Assembly: GCF_006345805.1 (NCBI RefSeq)
Contig: NC_042997.1
Coordinates: 62,062,001-62,126,000 of the forward strand
Reading direction: 5' to 3'
Length of the DNA stretch: 64,000 bases
Origin: Octopus sinensis
Lineage: Eukaryota
This document shows positions 1 through 11,869 of this stretch, piece after piece. A program made the translations under genes and the position numbers. The stretch's first letter is position 1. Each line of letters starts with the position of its first letter. The notes beneath the pieces are model-generated. The model searched no databases. It was not told the DNA's origin and saw nothing but the letters and a program-made list of their open reading frames with translations.

Positions 1-174
1 ATGAAGTCTAAGACTGAATTTTGGTTATGTGATCGACTACTATCAGATCCAACTAATTGTTTTGAATAGATATACATAATTGGGTTTATTTACAATAGAT
101 ATGTATATGATGATGATGATGATGTATGGGTGTGTTTTTTTCTGGTTTCTAAAATCAAAACTTTGTTTTTTTAG

Positions 175-243
175 ATACATCAGATAGTGTCTCCAGAGAA
201 CTAGTTGAAGCTGGTCTTGTTGATGGTCGTGATTTAATTGTTG
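175..243 (+). CDS. OXSR1: OSR1/SPAK (STE20-family) kinase, internal exon of the C-terminal CCT/PF2 domain
   Basis: Acceptor ttgttttttag|, donor TTG|gtaagc; 69 nt, phase 1/1; translates (D)TSDSVSRELVEAGLVDGRDLIV, matching the OSR1/SPAK motif DTAEGVSQELISAGLVDGRDLVIV. OXSR1 and STK39 cannot be distinguished from this fragment. Confidence 0.93.
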
Positions 244-289
244 GTAAGCAAATTTTTTTATTTCTTTCCCTCCACTCCATTCAGTTATT

Positions 290-720
290 CCTGAGAGGGT
301 TGTGAGGGTAGAATTCTTGGGCATCTCCTGTATAGGGTTTTGTCAGAAGCAACCAACATCAGATTTTCCAACTGGATCCCCAAGTGTGATCAACTGGGAC
401 TATGGATAATATCTAACCATTTCATTCTTGATCTGCTCTTGGGTTTCCTGCCTGTTTACCTGACTTGAATAATCTCCTTTGCAATACTTTTCTGTGACAT
501 TTTAACCATGTCTGTAGTACCAGAACTGTGACCTCTCAATGTGGAGAAGTAATAGTTCAACCTGGAGAGACTCTGTCGAGTAACATTGCTCCAGAAATCC
601 CATGTTTTGGTTGCTTGTTTTATGTTTTCTAAATTTTGCAATCTTAAATTCTGATTGCAATTAGAAAATACTTTATCATCATTGTTTTCATGTTTCCTTT
701 TCTGTGCTGACATAGATTGG
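290..720 (-). mobile_element. Decayed non-LTR (RTE-like) retrotransposon 3' fragment in the OSR1 intron
   Basis: Homologous to 9640-9910 and 20740-21270 (shared cagggtcctatca..aagc/tgac..catcattagattttc.. and gtaacatt.ctccaga); broken frames. Confidence 0.5.
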
Positions 721-929
721 ACTTTATGTCCTGATTCCATTTTTGAAACCAACCCCCTTTTAATTGCCTCTTACAACATGCTATGATACAGTGTGGCTGT
801 TCTAAAGAGCAGGATACACACAATTATGAAATACATATAACGTACTGAAGAACAACTTTGGAAAACTGAACCTTTCAGGTGAGATGACAAAGGACTGAGA
901 CACCTGGCACCTAGTTGCACTCAGAAAGA

Positions 930-1328
930 CCCATACCCCACAGCAGAAGTGTTAAGACCAATCCTGCTTGTGGTGTAAAGCATTTGTGGTGGTGCTGTGT
1001 AAAAAAACACTTGTGTGATGTCATGTAAAAGTGCCCATGCAATGCCATGTAAAAGTGCCCATGCAGTGCCATGTAAAAGTGCCCATGCAGTGCCATGTAA
1101 AAGTGCCCATGCAGTGCCGTGTAAAAGTGTCTGTGTGGTGTCATGTAAAAGCGCCTGTGTGGTTCCACATAAAAGCACCCAGCAAATTCTGTAAAGTGGT
1201 TGGTGTTAGGAAGACATCCAACTGTAGAACCCATACCAAATCAGACTGGAGTCTGGTGTAGCTTGTCACCTCTGGTCAAACTGTCCAACCCATGCCAGGA
1301 TGGACAATGGACATTAAATGATGATGAT
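930..1328 (+). mobile_element. RTE LINE 3' UTR/tail
   Basis: gttggtgttaggaagacatcca...ctgtccaacccatgccaggatggacaatggacattaaatgatgatgatg is the same tail as the RTE at 13373-13510 (opposite strand), with a (GAT)n end. Confidence 0.75.
1022..1180. repeat. 24-bp minisatellite inside the RTE 3' UTR
   Basis: Tandem GTGCCCATGCA(A/G)TGCCATGTAAAA, about 4 near-identical core units with degenerate units each side; explains ORFs 911-1234, 921-1178 and 1031-1261. Confidence 0.9.
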
Positions 1329-2305
1329 GTTTTAATTGTTTTATAGTTTAGTATGAGGAAGATGGGCAGCACTTATGAGTTTTACAAGGGCCAAAGTCAG
1401 ACTTTTCTAAAAGTGCATAAGAGCCAAATGGAGTTTGCCTGGAATTCCATTAGAATATATAATATATGTGAAAATTACAAAAATAAGACTGAAATAGTTC
1501 ATCTGGGTTAAATGTAATTTATTTAAACAGGAACATTCAATGTTTTCAGGTGTTTATCTTTTATTAAATTAAAAAAAAAAAATTGGGTTGGCATGCTCTT
1601 TACATTCAGCATTTTTGTTTCTAAACCACTATAATCTTATTCTTGTTTATTTATAGTATTCATTGTTGATAGTTTGTTAAAATACAAATTGAATTCATTA
1701 ATTATGCTAATTCTATTATTGATTTCAACATCAATAATTGCATTAAATGGGACATATGTGTAAACAAATCAGAAGAAAGAAAGGAAAATATATTTAATGC
1801 ACTTTTTCACATTATTTTACTTTAAGCCAGTATGGGTAGATTATATTTTTTTCATTGTTACTAATTTAAATATTTGTATAAAAATATTTGTCTAAGTCTT
1901 GTAGGAACAAGTACATTTAACTACATCTGATTGATCTTTATGTTAGCTTTTCAACTGTTTAGCAGGAGTGAAGGTAACTAGAGTAATGCCACTTAATCTC
2001 CAACCACCACATCATGCTGTCCAAACCTTGTGGTTTAAACCATGGAGTCCTAATTTTACTGCAAGTTGAAATATTTGTTTAATGAATGTGTGGTCTACCA
2101 CTCTGTATATAAATCCAGTATGTGCAACTGAGAAAGCATTAAATTAATATAGCCACCTATGTGTGATACTTGATGTATGACAACATTTGTTTTTAACACA
2201 GCGTATCCATAAGTGATGTTATCTCAGGACAAATACCACACAAACTGACTTATCAACACTGTATATACGTTAATTATGATATATAAATGGGTACTGTATG
2301 TATGT

Positions 2306-2351
<46 letters not shown>

Positions 2352-2353
<2 letters not shown>

Positions 2354-2709
2354 TAGCACTATGACCCGGCGTTGCCGAGTCATAGTGCTAGTGCATGCAT
2401 ATACAGCTGCGTGTGTGTACACATACATGTGAGTACTGTCAAAATCTCTGACCAATCATGTACAACTAGCTGGCATTCAATTGGCGTATCAACTTTCGGG
2501 CATTTTGATTGGGTTTTGGATAGAAAATTCACAAAAAAGTCACATCTATTGATTTTTTGATGGCTTTGCAGGATGGCTGGGGAAATGTAAAGATGTGCAT
2601 GACCACCCTTGGACGGTTTTGAATGACCGTAGAAAGTACGAGCCCTCTAACTGAAAAATAGTGGATTTGTATAAAGGGGACACACACACACACACACAGA
2701 CATTTTGCC

Positions 2710-2730
<21 letters not shown>
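2352..2730 (+). mobile_element. Non-autonomous Helentron/HINE-like element
   Basis: 5' hairpin TAGCACTATGAC-c-CGGC-gtt-GCCG-a-GTCATAGTGCTA, internal (CA)n, 3' end CAGACATTTTGCCGTTTA(TA)n, flanked by TA repeats; second copy at 33132-33225. Family assignment is inferred from this architecture. Confidence 0.6.
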
Positions 2731-2750
<20 letters not shown>

Positions 2751-2864
2751 GTGAAATAGAAAGATGAATAATCTTGTTGCAGATTAATCAAAAGTTTAAC
2801 CGATACCTTGGTAGCAAAAATCACAGCAGAAGAAAGCACGGTTGGAGGTACAACTAATAATATA

Positions 2865-2902
<38 letters not shown>

Positions 2903-2916
2903 AACGGCAAAATGTC

Positions 2917-2973
<57 letters not shown>

Positions 2974-3254
2974 CTTTTGTCCCCCCCCCCCCCTCACATT
3001 TCCTTGTCTTCTCTTCTTGCTTGCTTTCTCTCCTGTGTCATTTTTTCTCACCCCTCTTTAATTCTTCTTTCCCCACGTGACTGGTGTTTGGCCGAGCCTG
3101 AACTTTCTTGGTTCGGCCGTTGTCCATGCAACATCTATATTCCTCTCTGCGCCTGTGGAATCTTGTATCCCTGCTGTAAGGCTTTATTTCCACACATGCC
3201 AGTTTAATTTAATTCATCCTCAGTTAAAAGACACTTGCTGCTATGTCCTGTTAT

Positions 3255-3500
3255 TTGTATAACATTCTCCATGTTTTTCCGCCATCCTTGTTTTCGTATA
3301 CATTAGCTACTTTCTTCCAAGCTTAGTTTTTCCTTGGGGCTGGCAAGAATGGAGCAACCTCAAGTATAACCAGCTGAAATTTCAAAGATAATCTGGAACT
3401 CAACTGAGGAAAGAAAACTCCGAATGACCCATCCTTGTTTTCTTTGTATTGTCTACCTGGATGTTTTGCATTCTTGTCCCATTTTGTATTTTTATATATA
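3255..3500 (+). mobile_element. Dispersed repeat, probably a Penelope pseudo-LTR remnant
   Basis: Homologous to 27950-28275 (opposite strand); TA-flanked; contains a degenerate CTGAGGA...GAA...ATC hammerhead-like core. Confidence 0.5.
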
Positions 3501-3504
3501 TATA

Positions 3505-3560
<56 letters not shown>

Positions 3561-3562
3561 CA

Positions 3563-3911
3563 CATCCAGTGTCAAGTTAATCACAGAACTTGAGGCAATC
3601 CAATGAAGCTACACGAAGAAGATAGCCTCTGTGCAGCATATAAGCTACTGGGAAAGACTCAAGAGATTAAGACTCTATTCCTTAGAGCGTAGGCGAGAAA
3701 GATATGCCATAATATACATCTGGAAGATCCTTGAAGGACTTGTCCCAAACTTTGGCATCGAGAGTTACACAAAGGTGCAGATGAGGGCAGCTGCATCAAA
3801 CTCTCTCATGCACCAAATGGCAATTGCTAAAAAGCATTCGTGAAGTAAAATCATGTAGCAACACCAAATGGCAGTGCCCCAGCATGGCCATAGCTCGTGA
3901 GCTGAAACTAG
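3563..3911 (+). mobile_element. CR1-group LINE 3' fragment with an internal deletion
   Basis: ORF 3631-3843 SYWERLKRLRLYSLERRRERYAIIYIWKILEGLVPNFGI; tail cagcatggccatagctcgtgagctgaaactag as in the other copies. Confidence 0.9.
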
Positions 3912-3946
3912 ATAAAGTAAAATAAAAAATAAAATAAAATAAATAA

Positions 3947-3992
<46 letters not shown>

Positions 3993-4044
3993 AATGAGAG
4001 ATATGGAAGATATGAGAATGTTTATTAATCACTACAATTGCTTT

Positions 4045-4265
4045 GACCCATCTAGCATCAATCCCTCACAGGTGGGATACTTAACAACTGCATTAGCAGT
4101 ATTTGACAGTGTAAATGTGTTTCCTCAGGTGATTACAAGATATATCCCATGAAAATAATAACTGTTCCACAAGATATCTTCTCAGTTTGTGTAGAGAAAA
4201 GCAGAAAATTAAAGGATACAGCTTCATTTTTATATAAGATCAATGATAAATAACCGATGCAAAAC
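4045..4265. repeat. Unclassified dispersed repeat (copy 1)
   Basis: Clear homology to 24978-25190 (atccctcac.ggtg.gatacttaacaactg ... gaaaagcagaaaattaaaggata.agcttcattt). Confidence 0.7.
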
Positions 4266-4879
4266 GTAATGAATACAATGAATAAATCATATTGTATACA
4301 CCTGGTAGTTTACCGGCAAACCATGTTCACTTTTACAGTGTTTGTTGGGTACTTGAATAATGAGAAAGATGGAAGCTAATAGCTTAGGAGTGAAATTTAG
4401 GATTTTTTGGTTTTCTGTGAATCCATTTTGATAAAACTTTTCCCAGCTGGTTTGCACACTATGGCAATACCGTTGTTATATCAATAATATTAATATGCTA
4501 TCTTTTTGTTTTTGTATATACCTGTTGTATCTGTCACACTTACTTCAAAGAAGAGGCAGTAAGAGAGAGTGAAAGTGAAAGAGACAGTGAGTAATGGTGG
4601 TGACGGCATTCGTTTTGTGTTTTTAAATATTTCAGAGGGGATGTAAGAAAGAAAGAGGAAGAGTGAAAGAGAGAGTGAGTGGTGATGGTGTTTGTTTTGT
4701 GTTTTTAAATGTTTATCACATCGCAAGAGAAGTACATTCATAGATACATATACACATTGTTGAATCAAAAGCGGGAGAGAAGAGGGACACAGAGGAGGAA
4801 GTGAAAGATCCAAAGAAAAGTTCATACATAGATACATACACACAGCAAATATTGGATGTTAATTTCGCATTTTATTACC

Positions 4880-5005
4880 ACACAATAAAATTAACTCACA
4901 AATGGCTGAGTACTCCACAGGCATGCATAACATTAATGAAGTTCTCAGGGAGATTCAGCCTCACATAGAATATGACAAGGCTGGCCCCTTTGAATTACAT
5001 CAACA
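4880..5005 (-). mobile_element. SINE 3' fragment
   Basis: Resembles the 3' part of a common cephalopod SINE (caaaggggccagccttgtca...gtggagtactcagcca); recognised from memory only. Confidence 0.45.
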
Positions 5006-5324
5006 ACTCGAAATATGAATGTATTTGTGTGTGTTTATAGTTTAGGTCAGTTAAAAGATGTTTGCAATAATAAGTGTCATGTGGTGGAAATAAATGCAAT
5101 TACCAAACTTTCATTCATAAATCCATTTATTATTTTGCCCTTTTGCATTTCAATTTGTACAGTAAGGTTCTTTGAATATGTACGATGTATTTTAAGGTTA
5201 AATAGTAATTCCGTTTACGTTTGTGTAACTGAGATATTTTGGTTGGATTACATGGTCATTGGTGTTACATTACTTTCTATATTCTGTAACTCACAATATA
5301 CTTTTCTAGGCCTGAATTTTTTGT

Positions 5325-5460
5325 TGGGAGGGAGCCAGTTGATTAGATCGACCCCAGTACACAATTGATATTTTATTTATCAACCCTGAAAGGACAAAGT
5401 TGATCTCGGCAGAATTTGTGCTCAGAACGTAAATACAGACGGTCATAATATACAAACATT
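5325..5460 (-). mobile_element. tRNA-derived CORE-type SINE fragment (OR2-like)
   Basis: Homologous to 50760-50960 and 47410-47610. Confidence 0.7.
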
Positions 5461-7922
5461 TCTCATGGCATCAGTACACTGTTTACAGATGCTTACATTT
5501 TTTTAAAGTTTTCCATGAATTTTTCACAGATCCAGCTAGTTTTTGTTATTCTGTGTAATGTCCTTTCTTTTTTTAATTTCAGATTCTTCAGTTTTTGGGT
5601 GAACCATGCTGATAGCTTTTGAATAAAAATAGCCTATCTAGACATTTTTTTTCAGAAAATGAAGGTTAATGATACATATTAAGCATACATTGAGTATATA
5701 TTTAACGGAAGACTATAATAATAATATAACATTTATTGACATAATGAATGATTTAACTGTGACAGCTAGGGATTTAAGGAATATTGGCTGCAAGTTACAT
5801 AGGAAATCTGGACAAACAAGCAAAGCTATTTTCACCACCTCCAGACTTCCTCATGTACTGTAAAACCAGAAATTGCATCCTCAGGACCATGACTTCCTTG
5901 TGAGAATCCCTGAAGCTGCCTCCTCACTGGAGTTTGAGGCTTCAGTGGGCCCAAAAGTACATGACGTTAGACATGAGTTGTGTTCTGTTGACTGAGGAAG
6001 CCAGGGCAACCCTTGGTGAGCCTGACAGTTAGGAAAATGGTTGAGTCTATTTTGGAGTTGAGTGTCACCAATGTTTATGATGTCAACACCAGGGTAGAGG
6101 AGTCGTGTTTTGGACTAGTATCATTGGGGACAGACTTGTTGGCCTAGTCAGAATGCCTTGAAGGAGCTAAAGTTATTGCAGCCGCCTACTGCAATCTCCT
6201 GAAGGAGTTCTTGGATCCCTGGCTAGATGACATACTGCTGTCACTTCTAAGGAATTCGTATTCATACATGATAATACTCCCTCCCACTCTACTAGGACCA
6301 CCCAAACATTCCTAAGATCTTACAGTATACAAGGTGAAAGGTTGATGGTGTGGCTGCTAGCATCTCTGGATCTCAACCCTATTGAAAATCTTCAGTCCAT
6401 CATTAAACAAGATGTTTATGCTGATGGACACCAATTTACCATGAAAGCTGCAGCAGAGGTAGTCCAATCTGCTGCTATTAAGAAATTGACAGATTCCATG
6501 ACTAATAGGGTTTTTGAAGTTATCCATTGAAATGATGCTCATGTGGTTAAATAATTCATTATGTCAATAAATATTATATCATTTTAGTTTTCTGTTAAAT
6601 ATATACTCAATGTATGCTTAAATATGTATCATCAACCTTCATTTTCCAACAAAAAATGTCTCAATGGGTTATTTTCATTCAAAAGCTATTAGCATGGTTC
6701 ACCCAAAAAACTGAAGAATCTGAAATAAAAAAGAAAGGACATTACACAGAATAATGAAAACATAACAACGGTGTTGCCATAGTGTACAAACCAGCTGGGG
6801 AAACTTTTATCAAATTCAATTCAAAGGAAACCTAAGAAATCCTAAATTTCACTCCTAAGCTATTATCATGGTTCTGGGTGTGTGTGTGTGTATGTATGTA
6901 TATATAATTTATTCATTACCCATGTTGTCTTCAGAATGGTTTGCCTTCTTTACATTAATTTTAGGAAGCAGCTCAACACAGAAAGTCTTCTTAAAGATGT
7001 AACATATAAAGACAGATTCCAAAGGAAGTAGTTATGGTGTGTGCTAGCAAACATTATTCAGTGGAGTTCATGAGTTTTGATGAGTTCAGCATCATCATCA
7101 CTTACAACTTGACCAGACCAATGCAATTCTTCTATGCCAGATGTCCTGGTTGAATGATGCTGCTTGGATGTTTGGCTTATGTTTTTAGTCACATAGCTCT
7201 TTCATTAGCTAAAGTATCTTACCTGTGCAAGCAATGACTGCAGCTGATAGTAATAGTTTGCTAACTGAACCTGTTGATCCTGGTTGTTGACAGTTTGTTA
7301 TCTGTTTATTTTTTCAATATCTCGTAATATTTGCCTTTGACTCAAGAAGTTCATTTGCTGAAATAGTTCACATCCACTTTACTGCATCCTGTAATTTTGA
7401 TGCACCTTGGCTTGGGTGGTTATATGCTATTTAAACCCATAGCTCAGATCTTGACATGTGCTACTACTTTGAGTCAGAATAAACCCGGGAACAATCATGG
7501 CTAAGAGATGGTACTGCACTCATCAAACCCTGGATATCTTTAGCAAGGATTCCAGTCCCTGATGCAGTTTAAAGTCCTATCCGGGATAAGTTAATTGGTG
7601 ATGGGGGAAAAGATGAATCTGATGTTTTGTAGGGTGGGGACTAACCCTTGATAAATAATTTTTCTGTTTTTTTTTTCAAAGATGCTGAGTTAATCTTGAG
7701 TCAGCCTTGAAATAACAGATTCCACTTTTCCCATGCTTTCAAACTTATCAAAACTTTTAAACTTTACATAATCTAAGATTTATTTGTTTTAAAATGTGAG
7801 AATTCTTTTCTTTCTTTTGTTCTTGGACTCTAGTTGAACAATCATAATTTCTACAGCATAATAGAATTCAGGACAATACAATACAAATAAATAATAATAT
7901 TAATTAACTCCTCTATTTCCAG

Positions 7923-7987
7923 TTGCTGCTAATTTGCAGAAAGTGTTGGATAACCCGACTGAAAATAAAAACATTACTTTTGCTTTG
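7923..7987 (+). CDS. OXSR1: OSR1/SPAK kinase, penultimate coding exon
   Basis: Acceptor ctctatttccag|, donor TTG|gtaaga; 65 nt, phase 1/0; (V)AANLQKVLDNPTENKNITFAL matches VAANLQKIVEEPQSNRSVTFKL; phases fit both neighbouring exons. Confidence 0.93.
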
Positions 7988-8219
7988 GTAAGATGAATTC
8001 TGAAATTTTCATGTACAGACCTGATGTGTGTGTGTGTATACATATATATACATACACACATCTCTCTCTATATATGTGTGTGTGTATGTCCCACCCATGC
8101 TAGCATGGAACATGGAACTTGACTGTTGGTTGTTGTTAAGTTTGCAGAGGTTGCAGATAGCCAAAATCATAAAATATGTGGAAGACAGATAATATAACCT
8201 TATGTTTATCACAATTTCT

Positions 8220-8276
<57 letters not shown>

Positions 8277-8481
8277 GCATGCATATACACATATATACAC
8301 ACACACACATATTTACATATATGTATTCACATATACACAGGTATGTTTCTATATTTAAATTGTTAATAGTCTACATTTGTATATCTATATCATGAGAAAC
8401 TCGTGTATGCAAGTGCTTCAGCTGCCTATCTGTTACTAATTGTTTGTACATCTATATGTTTTTCCTTCTTTGTCTTTGTAG

Positions 8482-8580
8482 AATTCCGGATTTGGACCCA
8501 CTGAAGCACCTGATGATAAATCCCTGGTAGGATTTGCGCAATTGACGATAAACGACTTAGCGGGCAACAGCTCCCTCTAA
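8482..8580 (+). CDS. OXSR1: OSR1/SPAK kinase, terminal coding exon
   Basis: Strong acceptor tttccttctttgtctttgtag|; NSGFGPTEAPDDKSLVGFAQLTINDLAGNSSL* matches SGVEGSDIPDDGKLIGFAQLSIS; TAA at 8578-8580. Confidence 0.92.
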   Translation, partial: NSGFGPTEAPDDKSLVGFAQLTINDLAGNSSL

Positions 8581-8709
8581 CCCTGGCTTCTGATTTAGGA
8601 ATTCTGTGATAATCTGTTTTAACTTAAAAATTATTCTCTAACTATATAAGGGAGAAAGAAACAAAGAGATTGGGTTTGGTGGGGTAGGGAGGTTGGTGTT
8701 ATTGTATTG

Positions 8710-8715
8710 AATAAA
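8710..8715 (+). promoter_or_regulatory. Candidate polyadenylation signal of the OSR1/SPAK gene
   Basis: AATAAA 130 nt after the stop; a second at 8872-8877. Confidence 0.4.
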
Positions 8716-9639
8716 TTTAGATTTTTAAAGCACAACAGATACATGTGTATACACACACACCTACACACTTGAGACACGTACACAAACACTCATACACACA
8801 CACATTTGAGACATGCACAGACACTCGTATATATATACATACACATGACTCTATTACAGATATGAGACTGGAATAAATTTAATAATTAAAAAAATTATAA
8901 AATTTCAAGTTTAAAGCCAATAACTATAACATCAAAAATAGCAATAATATGGAAAAATAATGATGATGATTATGAAAAAATGATGATTAATTACAATTTT
9001 GATGATGATTATAATAAAGAAATGATAATTATAGTACAATGACTTATTATGTAAGCCATATTTAATTGGTCTGTTAATATGATGTCAATGATGATGATGA
9101 TGATAATGGCCAAAGCTGGAAGTTAAATATTGTAGCTACCTTGTTAAATAAGTTTTGCTGTTGGGATGATAAATGTGTGTTTGTGTTTGATGCCTAGAAA
9201 ACTACTACTGCTGTTGTTGCTCCTAATAATAATAATAATAATAATAATAATTTAGACATATGGCCTGCAATTTTGAGAGAAGAGGTAACTTATTACTATT
9301 GATTCCAGGCAGAAAAGAAACTGTTACATAGATTGAAATGAAGTAACGAGAAGCAAGCGCTGCATGCAAGTGAGCAAATCCATTCATAGGCATAACATTT
9401 TCATTCACATAATGTGTGTATGTGTACGTGCATGTATGTACTGCATGAGACAAACAGATTACACAGCCCAAATCACAGCTTAATTTGGTTAATTAAACAT
9501 CATACACGTTTGCAAGATTGAAATTAATGAAATTATATTAAACAATGTTGACTAACAATTGTTTGTTATAAATGCTGCAGGGTGAGTGCAGTGGTGGTGG
9601 TTTATTTGAAGTTCTCAAGGAAGAAGAATTTGGTTGTGT

Positions 9640-9910
9640 GTTCCATCTTCTCTACTCATCCATCTTCTGCACCAGGTATTCCTAGGAGGATTTTGAGAGT
9701 AAAGTCTTCAGGCACCTCTTCCACAGGGTCCTATCAGAAGTGACTGTCATTAGATTTTCTGGCTGGATTACCATGCATGACCAACTGAGGCCATATATAC
9801 TATCTATTGCAGAGATGTAGTGACCTGACCTTTGAGAGACTCCCTGATTTCTTTTTTATGTTTCCTGTCAAGTAACCTTATTCCAGATATCTTTTGAAGG
9901 AGCCCCATGT
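9640..9910 (-). mobile_element. Decayed RTE-like LINE 3' fragment
   Basis: Remnant LQKISGIRLLDRKHKKEIRESL; homologous to 20740-21270. Confidence 0.6.
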
Positions 9911-10501
9911 GTTGTCTAGTCAAAATTAGTTGAATAAAAACCTTAAAAAGAGAGCAAAAGAAAAAAAACTTAATTGCAAAGAGTGAAGTAAATTTAACTT
10001 CCTGATTCATACTCAAATTCTTCCTTGAGTGTTTTAAATGTCTTCTTCCTTTTCTCTCTCTGTACATGATAGACAATGACAATCTACTGCTTAGAGTTGT
10101 TTCATTAGTTTTAAACCCCACTGATGAGTATAATCAGTTGATCAAATATATCTACAGCTAGAATCTGTTTATCTCAAATATAATTACATATACATATACA
10201 AGACTGGACACACTCCTAATTGTATTGAATACTTTTGCCTGCTTGCACTACACTATGTGCATGTGTGGATGTATATGTGAGTGTGTCTATTACATGCATG
10301 CATGTGTATGGCATTTACACAGTTTGTTCAAGTCCTTATTTTAAAGAAGATTTAAGAACAACGATTGAACTGATGGGGGACTCAATACTGAAAGTAGACT
10401 CAAATTTATAAAATTCATCTTGAGTGGATCTCTTTAAATTTTCATCTGACTGGATAAGCATTCAAGTGAAATTTGATGTTCCTGGTGAAAACAAATTTAC
10501 A

Positions 10502-10574
<73 letters not shown>

Positions 10575-11817
10575 ACAATCTGTAGCAAGAAGAGTTAATT
10601 GTAACTTTGGCAGTTCTTATGATGATGCAAAGCCACTAAAGGTATTTGTGTGACTGGGAGTAGTATGTATAACAACAGTAATGATATCCATAGTGAATAA
10701 GTTTGATTGTGGTGGTATCCAGACTGTACAGTGGCAGTGTATGACTAGGAAGAGCATCCATCTGTTAGAACTAATTGCTTCAACTAATACCACTGGTTGT
10801 CATGAAAAAACTTATGTATATCACATACATACAAACATCTTGTCAAATGGTACAATGTAACATTATGTTTTGGTCTGGTTACTTGTTCCTTTTTCTCAAA
10901 CAATTTAGAAGTCTGATTCTCATCTAGCATGCTTACTTTCCTACCCCTCTTTGTTTTTTTCTTTATAATCCTTAATTATATTTGACCCAAGCATTTAATT
11001 TCTATTAATTTTTATTATAATTGTTAAAATACAATCACCAGTCCCAGCATTTTAAGTTTAGGCAATAGATGTTTAGCAAGAGAATATGTGAAACTGAATT
11101 TGATGAGACGGGGGTGTTGTTAGCTAGACACTTTTCATAGTTTAGATAATATACACTTAACTTGGTATATCTAGATACATGCTCTGACTTTTTATATTTA
11201 AGTTTTAAAGCAGTAATGGTACTTATTATTCTGAGTCACCAATTTGTTTTTGTACTAAAAACTAGTTTCACTGTGTCAAGGTATTTCTGTTAAACCATTG
11301 TATCTTTGTTAAGACTGTAATAAAATCTATGATTCACTGAAAAACTACCCTGTAATAAACAAACACAGACACACTACATACAGATGATTTATGTATTATA
11401 AAGTAATCTTTAATTTCTAAAAAGAAAAGGAAAGAAATGAAATATGGAAAAGAAAAAATGAAATATAAAATAAAAAATTTTTTAAATTACCAAAAGAAAA
11501 GAGGAAAGCTGAAATGAAATTTGCTATCTGAAGCTGTTTGTTTCTGTTATATATCTAATCAAGAAAGTCACATTGCTGTATCCCTTGATAATTTTGCCAT
11601 GCATCACATTAATATCTGGTGCTAACAATGTCTCAATCTGTTATTCAATGCCAAAGTTTTGCATTGTTCTAGCTCTGGGTTTCTCATACTCTTTGAGGGA
11701 AACTCAGAGTAATGACAACATGAAGCTTTAAATTCAAATGAAGAAACAAACTTTCCACTTTATGTATTAAATACTTTTGTTTTCTTTCTCCCAGTTGTAT
11801 CCTAGAATGGCCTATAT

Positions 11818-11869
<52 letters not shown>

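Larger units (their letters stand above)
4379..6863 (+). mobile_element. Tc1-like DNA transposon with ~330-bp TIRs, decayed transposase, interrupted left TIR
   Basis: Right TIR 6545-6863 is the reverse complement of 4379-4479 plus 5541-5760; TA at both ends; remnant HDNTPSH...DLNPIENL at 6265-6540 (Tc1 DD34E motifs). Confidence 0.8.

Noticed and set aside
43-752. Minus-strand ORFs 43-324 and 456-752 as a host gene
   Set aside because: 43-324 is antisense to the real OSR1 exon; 456-752 lies in a decayed LINE fragment homologous to 9640-9910 and 20740-21270.
1022-1180. 24-bp periodic array as a CRISPR array
   Set aside because: Contiguous tandem units with no unique spacers, inside an RTE 3' UTR in a eukaryotic context.
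3398-3435. Hammerhead ribozymes at 3398-3435 (+) and 28056-28100 (-)
   Set aside because: The CUGANGA core is present, but stem II, GAAA and the stem I register are broken; kept only as a hint of pLTR origin.
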